In this document: positions 47,570 to 57,204 of the stretch, piece by piece
Layout: each line of letters opens with the position of its first letter
Numbering within the stretch: the first letter of the stretch is position 1
From: Parcubacteria group bacterium Gr01-1014_29
Lineage (GTDB): Bacteria; Patescibacteriota; Minisyncoccia; Ryanbacterales; 2-02-FULL-48-12
Direction of reading: 5' to 3'
NCBI GenBank assembly: GCA_007376195.1
Contig: VMFT01000002.1
Coordinates: forward strand, 1,273-65,272
Length of the DNA stretch: 64,000 bases
Made by a program: the position numbers and the translations under genes
The notes under the pieces: generated by a model
Seen by the model: the letters and a program-made list of their open reading frames with translations, nothing else
The model's database searches: none
What the model was told of the DNA's origin: nothing

Positions 47570-47904
47570 AAACAGTGAAAGCACAACTGAAGTATGCGCG
47601 CATATCGCCGCAGAAAGCGCGGCGTGTTGCCGATGTTATTCGCGGTATGTCGGTGCCTGCGGCACATGTGCAATTGGCGATGCTTGGGCAGCGGCCGGTG
47701 TTGGTACTGCGAAAACTTCTTGCTTCAGCCGTAGCGAATGCCAAACAATTAGGGCTTGAGACGAGCCGTCTTATCGTGCAATCGCTTACGGTTAACGAGG
47801 GACCCATGTTTAAACGTTCTATGCCGCGGGCACATGGCCGGGCAACGCCAATTCGGAAACGCACGAGTCATATTGCTTTGGTGGTAGGAGAAAAGGAATT
47901 ATGA
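47566..47904 (+). CDS. rplV: 50S ribosomal protein L22
   Basis: Order and family similarity; overlaps rpsS by 4 nt. Confidence 0.85.
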   Translation: MKTVKAQLKYARISPQKARRVADVIRGMSVPAAHVQLAMLGQRPVLVLRKLLASAVANAKQLGLETSRLIVQSLTVNEGPMFKRSMPRAHGRATPIRKRTSHIALVVGEKEL

Positions 47905-48617
47905 CACATGTAGCTCACCCCTACGGGGTACGATTGGGTATATTAAAAGATTGGCGGTCGCGTTGGTTTGACGCGCGTGGATATCGCCAGTTGCTGAAGA
48001 TTGATACACTTTTACGCGTTTACCTATGGCGCGAACTCGACGGTATTTTGGTTGACAGCATTGATATCGAACGTTCTGGGCGCGTGTTATCCGTTATAAT
48101 TAAAACAAGTCAACCCGGCTTGCTCGTCGGGCGCGGGGGTGAGGGGGCGGAGAAATTGAAAGAGAAAATCCGTTCCTATGTGGCAAAAATTGAGCGCCAG
48201 CCTGTTACGGGCGGCACATGTACCCCGGAGGGCGGTGTGGAAGGTCGTGGCCGCGTGGAAATCCGCCTTACCATTGAAGAAGTTCGAATGCCGGAAACGC
48301 ATGCGAATATTCTTGCGCAGATGGTGGTGCAGGATCTTGAGCGGCGGCTCCCGTTCCGGCGTGTTTTGAAGGGCGCTATAGAAAAAGCAAACACGAATAA
48401 AGAAGTCCAAGGCGTAAAGATAGCATTGAAAGGCAGGCTTGACGGAGCGGAGATGGGGCGGTATGAATGGCTGCGAAAAGGACGTATTCCATTACAAACG
48501 CTCCGGGCGGATGTAGATTACGCACAGCAGGAAGCACAGTTGCCATACGGCACCATTGGCATAAAGGTCTGGATTTATAAAGGGGAGCGCTTTGAGAATG
48601 AAAAACCAAGTGGGTAG
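47901..48617 (+). CDS. rpsC: 30S ribosomal protein S3
   Basis: KH domain; order. Confidence 0.9.
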   Translation: MTHVAHPYGVRLGILKDWRSRWFDARGYRQLLKIDTLLRVYLWRELDGILVDSIDIERSGRVLSVIIKTSQPGLLVGRGGEGAEKLKEKIRSYVAKIERQPVTGGTCTPEGGVEGRGRVEIRLTIEEVRMPETHANILAQMVVQDLERRLPFRRVLKGAIEKANTNKEVQGVKIALKGRLDGAEMGRYEWLRKGRIPLQTLRADVDYAQQEAQLPYGTIGIKVWIYKGERFENEKPSG

Positions 48618-48707
48618 TCCCTCGCTTTGCTCGGTGATGTCGAAGATACTGAACGCAGTGAACGTACTCAAAAATTATAGTCGTTATCACTCCTTAATTT
48701 TTGGCAT

Positions 48708-49121
48708 ATGCTAGTTCCCAAAAAAGTAAAACATAGAAAATGGCAGCGCGGACGGAGTCGTGGTCTTGAAACACGCGGCACAACCCTTGCTTTTGGAGCA
48801 TTCGGCCTCAAGGCAATGGAAGCGCGATGGATTGATTCCCGACAAATTGAGGCAGCTCGGCGCGCCATGACACGCTATGTTCAGCGCGGCGGCAAGATAT
48901 GGATCCGGATATTTCCCGACAAGCCCATTACCAAGCGGCCACCGGAGACAACGCTCGGAGGCGGGAAGGGCGCGCCGGATAAATATGTGTTTCCGGTTCG
49001 GCCGGGGCGTGTGCTTTTCGAGATGGATGGCATCGCGGAGAATGTTGCGCGCGAGGCGTTGCGTAGAGCAGGCGCGAAGCTCCCCCTCAAAGTAAAAATT
49101 ATTAGCAGGTTGAGTACATAA
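48708..49121 (+). CDS. rplP: 50S ribosomal protein L16
   Basis: [16 protein letters not shown]... Confidence 0.9.
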   Translation: MLVPKKVKHRKWQRGRSRGLETRGTTLAFGAFGLKAMEARWIDSRQIEAARRAMTRYVQRGGKIWIRIFPDKPITKRPPETTLGGGKGAPDKYVFPVRPGRVLFEMDGIAENVAREALRRAGAKLPLKVKIISRLST

Positions 49122-49124
49122 TAT

Positions 49125-49319
49125 ATGAAACCGCGTGATGCCAGGGAAAAAAGTATAGCGGAGCTCAAGACTGCTCTCTACGACGTTCAGAAGCAATTGG
49201 GCGATCTGTATTTTGATCTTGCCGCAGGCCGTATAAAAAACGTAAAGGGGGCGGCAACTCTTCGCCGCGAGGCCGCGCGCATAAAAACCATACTACATGA
49301 TGCAAACAACTCATCCTAA
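49125..49319 (+). CDS. rpmC: 50S ribosomal protein L29
   Basis: Order; small helical protein. Confidence 0.8.
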   Translation: MKPRDAREKSIAELKTALYDVQKQLGDLYFDLAAGRIKNVKGAATLRREAARIKTILHDANNSS

Positions 49320-49542
49320 AAGATTACAAGGAACGATAGTATCCGACCGCATGCAGAAAACAGCGGTTGTGTTGGTTGTGCGGTTGGAAAAATATCCGAA
49401 GTACAAGAAATATCACAAAGTCAGCAAGAAATTCAAAGCGCACGATGAACAAAACGAATACAAAACTGGCGATAAGGTCGTGATTCAAGAAACACGCCCC
49501 CTGTCAAAAGACAAGAGATGGAAAGTTATTAGTAAGGTATAA
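49297..49542 (+). CDS. rpsQ: 30S ribosomal protein S17
   Basis: ..[14 protein letters not shown].. OB fold; overlaps the rpmC end. Confidence 0.85.
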   Translation: MMQTTHPKRLQGTIVSDRMQKTAVVLVVRLEKYPKYKKYHKVSKKFKAHDEQNEYKTGDKVVIQETRPLSKDKRWKVISKV

Positions 49543-49628
49543 TTAGGCTTTAGGCGCTAGGCATTAGAACACTGAATGAAAACTATGTGTCTAGTCCTAG
49601 AGCCTAAGGACTACTATCTAGCGCCTAC
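49543..49628. repeat. intergenic palindromic element (ctaggc type)
   Basis: ttaggctttaggcgctaggcattag ... ctagtcctagagcctaagg ... ctagcgcctac. Confidence 0.5.
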
Positions 49629-49633
49629 ATTAT

Positions 49634-49999
49634 ATGATTCAACCTCAAACACAATTGAAAGTAGCCGACAACTCGGGAGCAAAACTTATCCAGGTTTTTA
49701 AGATTTTGGGCGGGAGCCGCCGCCGGTACGCGCGCATCGGGGATTTGGTTGTGGCGTCGGTTAAGATAGCTGAACCGAAAAAGGCGGTAAAAAAGAAAGA
49801 TATTGTCCGGGTGGTTATCGTACGGCAAGCCCAGCCCTATCGACGCGCCGATGGGTCTTATATTCGTTTCGATGACAACGCAGGGGTTATCGTGGACGGA
49901 AAAGAACCAAAGGGAGGACGTATTTTCGGCCCCATTCCACGGGAACTTCGGGAGCGCGGATTTACAAAAATAATTTCATTGGCCGAAGAAGTGGTGTAA
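49634..49999 (+). CDS. rplN: 50S ribosomal protein L14
   Basis: [17 protein letters not shown]... Confidence 0.9.
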   Translation: MIQPQTQLKVADNSGAKLIQVFKILGGSRRRYARIGDLVVASVKIAEPKKAVKKKDIVRVVIVRQAQPYRRADGSYIRFDDNAGVIVDGKEPKGGRIFGPIPRELRERGFTKIISLAEEVV

Positions 50000-50007
50000 A
50001 TAGCAAA

Positions 50008-50085
50008 CTAGGCATTAGGCTCTAGGCACTAGGAAAAGAAATACAAAAGCATTTTTTCCTAAAGCCTAACGCCTAGAGCCTAGAG
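50008..50085. repeat. intergenic palindromic element (ctaggc type)
   Basis: ctaggcattaggctctaggcactagg ... cctaaagcctaacgcctagagcctagag. Confidence 0.5.
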
Positions 50086-50091
50086 TATTCT

Positions 50092-50397
50092 ATGCGCATA
50101 AAAAAAGGTGACAACGTGAAAGTAATAAGCGGAAAGGACCGCGGTAAGACGGGTACGGTTGTTCGGGCTGTTCCGGATCAGGATCGTATTGTGGTAGATG
50201 GTTTGAATATACGAAAACGCCATGTCCGCGCGAAGCGTGCGGGGCAGAAAGGAGAAGTCGTACAATTTTCCGCTCCCCTGCATGTTTCAAATATACAGCT
50301 GGTCTGTACAAAATGCGGAAAAACAACCCGCGTGGGTTATCGGGTGGACGGAGCCGTTAAAAGCAGGGTGTGTAAAAAATGTGGAGCGGATATATAA
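50092..50397 (+). CDS. rplX: 50S ribosomal protein L24 with C-terminal CxxC...CxxC zinc ribbon
   Basis: KOW motif at the N-terminus; CTKCGK...CKKCG at the C-terminus. Confidence 0.85.
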   Translation: MRIKKGDNVKVISGKDRGKTGTVVRAVPDQDRIVVDGLNIRKRHVRAKRAGQKGEVVQFSAPLHVSNIQLVCTKCGKTTRVGYRVDGAVKSRVCKKCGADI

Positions 50398-50398
50398 T

Positions 50399-50947
50399 AT
50401 GGCGCCATCAGCACTACAAAATAAATACCAGAAAGACGCACTACCCGCCATGCAGACCCGTTTTGGGCATGCAAATGTAATGGCTGTTCCTCGGTTACAA
50501 AAGACGGTCGTGAATATTGGGATTGGGCGTATTGCGAGAGAAAAGGGAAGCGATGAGGAGGTGGTAAAGTTTATAACGGGTATTACGGGACAAAAGCCTA
50601 CACCGTGTCTTGCGCGTAAATCCATTGCGGCGTTCAAAACACGCGCGGGACAAGTGATTGGTTATAAGGCTACATTACGCGGCAGGCGGATGTTCGACTT
50701 TTTGGAACGTTTTATTTCTGCGGCCATTCCGCGCATGAGAGATTTTCGGGGTATTGACCCAAAAGCGGTTGATGCCGGAGGAAACTTGACGGTTGGTGTG
50801 CGAGAACATATTATATTTCCAGAGACTATCGGTGAGGATATGCGCATGATTTTTGGGCTTGAAGTGACGACAACTACCAACGCAAAGACGCGTGAGGAAG
50901 CAGTCGAGCTATTTAGATTATTAGGATTCCCATTAAAAAGGCACTAG
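50399..50947 (+). CDS. rplE: 50S ribosomal protein L5
   Basis: Start taken at MAPSALQNKYQ within ORF 50222..50947. Confidence 0.85.
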   Translation: MAPSALQNKYQKDALPAMQTRFGHANVMAVPRLQKTVVNIGIGRIAREKGSDEEVVKFITGITGQKPTPCLARKSIAAFKTRAGQVIGYKATLRGRRMFDFLERFISAAIPRMRDFRGIDPKAVDAGGNLTVGVREHIIFPETIGEDMRMIFGLEVTTTTNAKTREEAVELFRLLGFPLKRH

Positions 50948-51012
50948 GGCACTAGGCTCTAGGCCTTAGGATTCTAAGTCCTAGAGCCTAGTGCCTAGGT
51001 TCCTAGCGCCTA
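50942..51012. repeat. intergenic palindromic element (ctaggc type), overlapping the rplE stop
   Basis: cactagggcactaggctctaggccttagg ... cctagagcctagtgcctagg ... cctagcgcctag. Confidence 0.5.
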
Positions 51013-51017
51013 GTATT

Positions 51018-51203
51018 ATGGCAAAAACATCAGTAGTAGCAAGGTCGAAGAAAAAACCAAAGTTTGTAACACGGCTTGTGCGGCGCTGTTTTCGCTGTGG
51101 CCGCAAGCGCGGGTATATGCGTGCTTTTGATCTTTGCCGCATCTGTTTTCGCGAACTTGCGCTCCGCGGCGAGTTGCCAGGTATTAAAAAATCATCATGG
51201 TAA
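51018..51203 (+). CDS. rpsN: 30S ribosomal protein S14, type Z (zinc-binding)
   Basis: [20 protein letters not shown]. Confidence 0.85.
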   Translation: MAKTSVVARSKKKPKFVTRLVRRCFRCGRKRGYMRAFDLCRICFRELALRGELPGIKKSSW

Positions 51204-51209
51204 GTAGTA

Positions 51210-51292
51210 TCAACGAATAACGAATCTGTTACGAATAAACGAATAATAACCGCTGAATTCCATTCGTACATTCGTACAAGATTCGTTATTCG
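51210..51292. repeat. acgaat-type TIR element (cargo-less copy); ends nearly identical to the TIRs of the GxxExxY cassette
   Basis: atcaacgaataacgaatctgttacgaataaacgaat ... attcgtacattcgtacaagattcgttattcgatg. Confidence 0.5.
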
Positions 51293-51304
51293 ATGATTGT
51301 TTTT

Positions 51305-51700
51305 ATGACAGATTCTATTTCAGACACACTAACAAGAATTCGGAATGCGCAAATGGTTCAGAAGCGCAGTGTTGTGGTGCCTCATTCCGACATTGTGCAC
51401 GAGGTGCTGCGTGTATTGAAGGAAACAGGTTTTGTGCGGGAAGCTGTAAAGCGAGGACGCCGGAACCGGTGCGTTCTTGATGTGTCGCTTCTTTATGATG
51501 CCAGCGGTAGCGGGCATATGCAGGGCGCACGGCGTGTCAGCAAACAAAGTAAGCGTGTGTATGCGCGCGCGTGTGATTTGAGACCCTCCAAGAAAAGCGC
51601 CAAAGGTATCTTTATTGTTTCCACATCGAGCGGCATCATGTCTTCTTCTGATGCGCGCAAATCAAAAGTCGGCGGCGAAGTTTTATGCGAAGTATGGTAA
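51305..51700 (+). CDS. rpsH: 30S ribosomal protein S8
   Basis: MTDSISDTLTRIRNAQ; the ORF track begins four codons earlier at 51293. Confidence 0.85.
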   Translation: MTDSISDTLTRIRNAQMVQKRSVVVPHSDIVHEVLRVLKETGFVREAVKRGRRNRCVLDVSLLYDASGSGHMQGARRVSKQSKRVYARACDLRPSKKSAKGIFIVSTSSGIMSSSDARKSKVGGEVLCEVW

Positions 51701-51703
51701 TAA

Positions 51704-51786
51704 AACGTGAAGCCTGAAACTTGAAACGTAAAACCCAAGAAAATAATTTTTAAGGTTTAAGGTTTCAGGATTTAAGTTTCAGAATT
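51704..51786. repeat. intergenic palindromic element (gaaac/gtttc type)
   Basis: gaagcctgaaacttgaaacgtaaaacc ... aggtttaaggtttcaggatttaagtttcag. Confidence 0.45.
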
Positions 51787-51789
51787 TAT

Positions 51790-52338
51790 ATGGGTCGTCT
51801 ATCAGCAAAACCAATTCATGTTCCCGAAGGAGTGTCCGCCCGTTTGGAAAACGGTGTTTTCAGCGTGAAAGGGCCAAAGGGAGAGTTGTCGCGCGTATTG
51901 CCCCGCGATGTGGTGTTGGTCGTAGCGGAAAATGGGCGGGAGATTTCTGTCGTCGCATCAAAACGTGTCAAAACAGCAAACCTTCTTGGCACCGCATATG
52001 TCTCTGCCAGAAATATGGTTCAGGGTGTTTGGGAGGGGTTTTCGAAGATTCTAGAAATGGAAGGGGTGGGTTATCGCGCATCTAAGGAAGGCAACGATAT
52101 TGTTTTTTCGCTTGGTTTTTCTCACCCCGTCCGCTATACGCCGCCGGACAATGTTCAGCTTGCCGTTGAAAAAAATACTATACGGGTAGTTGGTATTGAC
52201 AAAGAGCTTGTTGGAAAGGTTGCTGCTGATATTCGCGCCTTAAGGCCGCCCGAGCCCTACAAAGGCAAGGGTATTCGGTACCAAGGGGAGCGGATTCAGC
52301 GTAAGCAAGGCAAGAAAGCTGGAGTGGGGGCAACGTAA
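51790..52338 (+). CDS. rplF: 50S ribosomal protein L6
   Basis: Order and family similarity. Confidence 0.85.
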   Translation: MGRLSAKPIHVPEGVSARLENGVFSVKGPKGELSRVLPRDVVLVVAENGREISVVASKRVKTANLLGTAYVSARNMVQGVWEGFSKILEMEGVGYRASKEGNDIVFSLGFSHPVRYTPPDNVQLAVEKNTIRVVGIDKELVGKVAADIRALRPPEPYKGKGIRYQGERIQRKQGKKAGVGAT

Positions 52339-52342
52339 AAAT

Positions 52343-52711
52343 ATGACACATACACTAAACAATAGAACACGAAGAACGCGGCGGCACAAACGGGTGCGAG
52401 CGAAGGTTCAGGGGACAGCGAAAGTGCCGCGTCTTTCGGTATTCCGTTCAAACCGGCATGTTTACGCGCAGATTATTGACGATGTTGCCGGGCGGACATT
52501 GGCGGGAGTGCATAGCGCTTCTTTCGTTTCTTTAAAAAAGGACTCAAAAGAAACAAAAACAGAACATGCGAAAAAAATTGGTACCCAGATTGCCAAACGT
52601 GCCAAGGAGCTTCGTATTGTGCGCGTTGTGTTTGATCGGGGCGGGTATCGGTATCAAGGGCGTGTACGCTCGCTGGCGGACGCTGCGCGAGAAGGTGGTC
52701 TTGAATTTTAA
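52343..52711 (+). CDS. rplR: 50S ribosomal protein L18
   Basis: Order and family similarity. Confidence 0.85.
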   Translation: MTHTLNNRTRRTRRHKRVRAKVQGTAKVPRLSVFRSNRHVYAQIIDDVAGRTLAGVHSASFVSLKKDSKETKTEHAKKIGTQIAKRAKELRIVRVVFDRGGYRYQGRVRSLADAAREGGLEF

Positions 52712-52755
52712 TGGTTTATCAGGCACCATAGGTCAATCATATAAAAATACATTAT

Positions 52756-53223
52756 ATGCGCAGACGAATGCAAAAACAAAAACGGGAACGCCCGGAATTC
52801 GATCAAAAGCTGATTGATCTTCGGCGTGTTGCGCGCGTGGTTTCCGGCGGGCGCCGATTTAGTTTTCGCGCATCGCTTGTTATAGGCAATCGCAAGGGGG
52901 ATGTCGGGTTTGCGTCGGCGAAGGGGGCGGACACTGCTATGGCAATTGAAAAAGCGTTTCGCCAGGCGCGTAAGTACATGATCAGCGTTCCCTTGACGTC
53001 GGAAGGTACCATTAGGCATGAGGTGTCCGCAAAACATTCCGGTTCCCGGATTTTATTGAAACCTGCGCGCAAAGGAAGAGGAATTATGGCAGGCGGCCCC
53101 GTGCGTATTGTATGCGATATGGCGGGCATCAGGGATATTACCGGCAAGATTGTTTCTCGCTCTACGAACAAGCTGAACAACGCGTTGGCGACAATGAAAG
53201 CATTACAGAAATTAAAAATGTAA
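52756..53223 (+). CDS. rpsE: 30S ribosomal protein S5
   Basis: ..RVARVVSGGRRFSFRASLVIGN.. Confidence 0.85.
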   Translation: MRRRMQKQKRERPEFDQKLIDLRRVARVVSGGRRFSFRASLVIGNRKGDVGFASAKGADTAMAIEKAFRQARKYMISVPLTSEGTIRHEVSAKHSGSRILLKPARKGRGIMAGGPVRIVCDMAGIRDITGKIVSRSTNKLNNALATMKALQKLKM

Positions 53224-53231
53224 TTTTTTTC

Positions 53232-53669
53232 ATGCAACTGCATACCATATCAGCGCCAAAACATACATCTGCCAAACGCATTGGCCGCGGCGGCAAGCGC
53301 GGCACGTTTTCGGGTCGCGGCACCAAAGGCCAAAAAGCGCGGGCTGGTCGCCGTATTCGTCCGCAATTGCGCGATATATTGAAAAAAATCCCAAAGAAAC
53401 GCGGGTATCGTTTTACGTCATTTCGCGCGCGACCAATCGGTGTTAACCTTTCCATCCTCAATGAAAAGTTTGAGTCGGGCGGTGTTGTTTCTCCTCAGAC
53501 GCTTGTCGAAGGGGGCATGGTATCCCGGAAGGGTGGTGCGTATCCTTCCGTAAAGATTCTTGGCACAGGAATTATTTCAAAAAAGCTTACCATTGAAGGA
53601 TGTCAGATTTCCGCATCAGCAAAAGAGAAGATCGAAAAAGCGGGAGGAAAACTAGTAGCTAGGCGTTAG
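53232..53669 (+). CDS. rplO: 50S ribosomal protein L15 (directly after S5; no L30 gene in between)
   Basis: MQLHTISAPKHTSAKRIGRGGKRGTFSGRG; start taken inside ORF 53112..53669. Confidence 0.85.
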   Translation: MQLHTISAPKHTSAKRIGRGGKRGTFSGRGTKGQKARAGRRIRPQLRDILKKIPKKRGYRFTSFRARPIGVNLSILNEKFESGGVVSPQTLVEGGMVSRKGGAYPSVKILGTGIISKKLTIEGCQISASAKEKIEKAGGKLVARR

Positions 53670-53733
53670 GCACTAGGCGCTAGAGGAACAAAAAAATATT
53701 CTAGAGCCCTAAAGCCTAAAGCCTAAAGCCTAA
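53652..53733. repeat. intergenic palindromic element (ctaggc/cctaaag type), overlapping the rplO stop
   Basis: ctagtagctaggcgttaggcactaggcgctagagg ... ctagagccctaaagcctaaagcctaaagcctaaa. Confidence 0.5.
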
Positions 53734-53734
53734 A

Positions 53735-54997
53735 ATGAATAAAATCCTATTGATATTCAAAGACCCCGACCTCCGTAAGCGCGTTCTTTTCATGCTTGGT
53801 ATTTTGGTTGTATTCCGGCTTACGGCAGCTGTGCCTATTCCCGGTGTTGACATCGGGCAACTGCAGGCGTATCTGTCCGGAAACCAATTGCTTGGTTTGC
53901 TGAATATTTTCTCCGGCGGCGCTTTGGATAATCTTTCTATTATAATGTTGGGGCTGGGGCCGTATATTACCGGCTCAATTATTATGCAGTTGATGACATT
54001 GGTATTTCCTCAGCTGAAGGAAATGTATCAGGAAGCGGGGGAGGCAGGGCGGCAGAAGTTCAATCAGTACTCGCGTTTGCTGACGGTGCCTCTTGCATTG
54101 TTGCAGGGATACGGTTTGTTGACGCTTCTGTCGCGGCAGGGCATTTTTACTGACGCGAGTTTTGCCGGCATTGCGGTAAATGTTGTTATTGTTACGGCAG
54201 GAGCGCTATTTCTTATGTGGCTGGGAGAACTTATTTCCGAATATGGCATCGGAAATGGCGTTTCCATCATGATTTTCGCCGGCATTGTAGCTGGTGTGCC
54301 GTCGAGCATACAGCAGACGCTCTTTTCGTTTGACAGTTCGCAGATTCCGCTCTTTGTGACATTTGCGGTTCTGGCAATTGTTGTTATTGCTTCTATCGTG
54401 TTTATTACCGAAGGCGAGCGGCCGGTTCCGGTTTCTTACACCAAGCGCGTGCGCGGTATGCGCATGTACGGAGGGTTTTCCACGTATCTCCCTTTGCGGG
54501 TAAACCAGGCAGGCGTAATTCCGATTATCTTCGCGCTTTCCATACTTCTGTTCCCGCAAATGTTCGCGGGGTTTCTCGCGGTCTCTTCCAACTCGTTTCT
54601 GCGCGGCATAGCTGATGTGTTTACAAACTTTACGCAAAATCTGTTACTCTATGGTACCGCGTATTTTATTCTGGTGTTCTTTTTCACGTATTTTTATACG
54701 GCAGTCACTTTTGATCCGGATACCATTTCAAGCAATCTGCAAAAAAGTGGCGGGTTCGTTCCCGGTATTCGCCCGGGTCGGCCCACGGCGGATTTTTTGA
54801 GCAATATCATCACGCGCATAACGCTCGTTGGCGCATTATTTTTAGGGCTTATTGCCGTTCTGCCGTTTATGGTGCAGGCCGCAACCGGAATTGTAACGCT
54901 TACGCTGGGCGGCACGGCACTGCTTATTGTTGTCTCTGTTGTGCTTGAACTTATGAAGCAGTTACAGGGGAAATTGGTGATGCGGGAGTATGAATAG
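53735..54997 (+). CDS. secY: preprotein translocase subunit SecY
   Basis: 10-TM SecY signature; order. Confidence 0.9.
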   Translation: MNKILLIFKDPDLRKRVLFMLGILVVFRLTAAVPIPGVDIGQLQAYLSGNQLLGLLNIFSGGALDNLSIIMLGLGPYITGSIIMQLMTLVFPQLKEMYQEAGEAGRQKFNQYSRLLTVPLALLQGYGLLTLLSRQGIFTDASFAGIAVNVVIVTAGALFLMWLGELISEYGIGNGVSIMIFAGIVAGVPSSIQQTLFSFDSSQIPLFVTFAVLAIVVIASIVFITEGERPVPVSYTKRVRGMRMYGGFSTYLPLRVNQAGVIPIIFALSILLFPQMFAGFLAVSSNSFLRGIADVFTNFTQNLLLYGTAYFILVFFFTYFYTAVTFDPDTISSNLQKSGGFVPGIRPGRPTADFLSNIITRITLVGALFLGLIAVLPFMVQAATGIVTLTLGGTALLIVVSVVLELMKQLQGKLVMREYE

Positions 54998-55038
54998 CGC
55001 TATTTGGCTGGAAGTGATAAAATAAAGTAAGAGGTTAT

Positions 55039-55620
55039 ATGGAAAAACCGCTTAACGTCGTTTTTATCGGTGTCTCGGGTTCGGGTAAGGGCACGCAGGT
55101 AGAACTTCTTGTGGGTGTTTTGAATTTGCGCCAAAAAACAAAAATTATTTCTTCCGGTGATTTATTCCGTGATTTGCAAGAACACGACACGGATACGGCA
55201 CATCGTGTAAGAGAAATTTTGCAGAAGGGAGGATTGCCCTATGATGATTTAGCAACGGCGCTTTGGATGCATGAAATCGCTTATACCGTGAAGGAAGACG
55301 AGGGGATTGTTTTTGACGGCGCTCCACGACGCGTGCAAGAAGCGAAAAATATCGATAGCTTTTTTACATTCCTTGATCGGTTGGATATGTTACGCATTTT
55401 GCATTTAAATGCTTCGCCGGAAGAAGTAACCAGACGTCTCCTGAAACGCGGCCGTGTAGATGATAACGAACCTGCTATTGCCGGGCGGATTGCATATTTC
55501 AAAGAAAAAGTTTTGCCAGCCACACTCTATTACCAAGAACAGAATCGTCTTATCGAAATAAACGGTGAACAGAGCGTTGAAAAGGTACATAAGGATATCG
55601 TGAAAGCATTGAAGCTCTAA
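55039..55620 (+). CDS. adk: adenylate kinase
   Basis: P-loop GVSGSGKGTQ; order. Confidence 0.8.
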   Translation: MEKPLNVVFIGVSGSGKGTQVELLVGVLNLRQKTKIISSGDLFRDLQEHDTDTAHRVREILQKGGLPYDDLATALWMHEIAYTVKEDEGIVFDGAPRRVQEAKNIDSFFTFLDRLDMLRILHLNASPEEVTRRLLKRGRVDDNEPAIAGRIAYFKEKVLPATLYYQEQNRLIEINGEQSVEKVHKDIVKALKL

Positions 55621-55626
55621 GATACG

Positions 55627-56394
55627 ATGGCATTCATAAAGTCTAAAAAAGAGATTGAAGCGCTTCGGGAAGGTGGACAAAAGCTCGCGGAAATATTACG
55701 AAAGGTGGTTGAAACGGTAAAACCAGGCGTTACTACTAAAGAACTCGACAGGCTCGCGGAGAGCCTGATTTTGTCTGTCGGCGGCACGCCGTCGTTTAAG
55801 GGATATCACATTCCCGGCGCGCATACTCCCTACCCAGCGTCTTTGTGCACATCCATCAACGACGAGGTGGTGCATGGGATACCTTCGGAAAAACGAGTTC
55901 TGAAGGATGGAGATATTATCGGCCTTGATATTGGCATGAAGTATAAGCGGTTGTACACCGATATGGCGGTAACGGTTGGAGTTGGCGCGATAGACGCCGC
56001 ATCTCGCAAGCTTCTTTTGGTAACCGAACACGCGCTTGCGGAGGGTATTGTCCAAGTTCGCGCGGGCGCACATGTGGGAGATATCAGTGAGGCGGTTCAG
56101 ACGTATGCCGAAGATCACGGACTTGGCGTGGTGCGGGAACTCGTAGGGCATGGCGTGGGGCACGCGGTGCATGAAAATCCGCCCATACCAAATTTTGGCA
56201 GCCGGGGGCAGGGAGAAAAGCTTCGCGAAGGAATGGTGATCGCGATTGAGCCTATGCTCACAGCAGGAGATTATGCCGTTGTTCTTGCGCCCGATGATTG
56301 GACATGGAAAACAAAAGACGGTTCTCGCGCGGCGCATTTTGAACACACAGTGGCGGTTACGAAAGATGGCGTACGGGTGTTGACAAAGATATAG
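55627..56394 (+). CDS. map: methionine aminopeptidase type I
   Basis: Pita-bread metal ligands (D..D..H..E..E); order. Confidence 0.85.
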   Translation: MAFIKSKKEIEALREGGQKLAEILRKVVETVKPGVTTKELDRLAESLILSVGGTPSFKGYHIPGAHTPYPASLCTSINDEVVHGIPSEKRVLKDGDIIGLDIGMKYKRLYTDMAVTVGVGAIDAASRKLLLVTEHALAEGIVQVRAGAHVGDISEAVQTYAEDHGLGVVRELVGHGVGHAVHENPPIPNFGSRGQGEKLREGMVIAIEPMLTAGDYAVVLAPDDWTWKTKDGSRAAHFEHTVAVTKDGVRVLTKI

Positions 56395-56563
56395 TCTTGT
56401 GCTATCTTTTCTATAAATTTGCGGGCAGAAGATTAAAGGAGGTTAAAGAATGTCAAAGAGGATTTCACCTGTGATTGTTGACCTAGAAAAGTCCCAATTT
56501 GCTAAGACTAGGAGATAGGCACATGTTTTGCATGTGCTTTTTCTTTTGCTTTTGGCGCGTAGA

Positions 56564-56605
56564 AATTCCTAAAAATATGGACGGTCGTCCATATTTTTAG
56601 GAATT
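56564..56605. promoter_or_regulatory. 42-nt perfect palindrome (aattcctaaaaatatggacg-gt-cgtccatatttttaggaatt) followed by a T-run; terminator or operator between map and ruvX
   Basis: Read directly; followed by cttgctatttttta. Confidence 0.4.
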
Positions 56606-56641
56606 CTTGCTATTTTTTATGCGGTGTCATATCCTTTCTTC

Positions 56642-57043
56642 ATGCGGATTCTTGGCATTGATTATGGCACCAAACGTATCGGGTTTGCGGTGGGAGATAC
56701 TGATCAGAAAATTGCGTTCCCGCGTGATGTTATGGAAGGCCGTGCTAGAGCGCTTGATTACGTGGATAGAATGATAGATCAGGAAGGAATACAAAAAGTT
56801 ATTATCGGCATTCCCATGCGTCATAGTGGGGAAGAGGGAGAACTTGCCGGCGAGATCCGTATATTTGCAAAAGAGATAACAGAAAAACTTGGCGTGGAAG
56901 TGGTGTTCCAAAACGAGATCCTTTCCACAAAAGCCATTCAGCAAGGCACTGTTTCTAAAGATAAAATAGACGCCGCGAGCGCCGCGCTTATTTTGCAGAG
57001 CTATCTTGATAGAATTATGAACCCAGAATCACGCGCCCACTAG
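56642..57043 (+). CDS. ruvX: Holliday-junction resolvase-like YqgF/RuvX
   Basis: MRILGIDYGTKRIGFAVGD. Confidence 0.75.
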   Translation: MRILGIDYGTKRIGFAVGDTDQKIAFPRDVMEGRARALDYVDRMIDQEGIQKVIIGIPMRHSGEEGELAGEIRIFAKEITEKLGVEVVFQNEILSTKAIQQGTVSKDKIDAASAALILQSYLDRIMNPESRAH

Positions 57044-57204
57044 CGCCTAAACGTAGCGGCAGCGGGTAGGCGAATTATTGCTTAGTGTACATCTTTTGAC
57101 GATAGGAAAAAGATGTACACTACTGTGGATTACAAAATGTGATAATGTGTTGCCAGGAATTGTGGTATTTCGTAATTCAACGTACCCTATGGTAAAGTAT
57201 CCCT

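Noticed and set aside
56441-56509. infA (IF-1) expected after map.
   Set aside because: The ORF is only 22 codons and has no similarity to IF-1 (no S1-like OB sequence).
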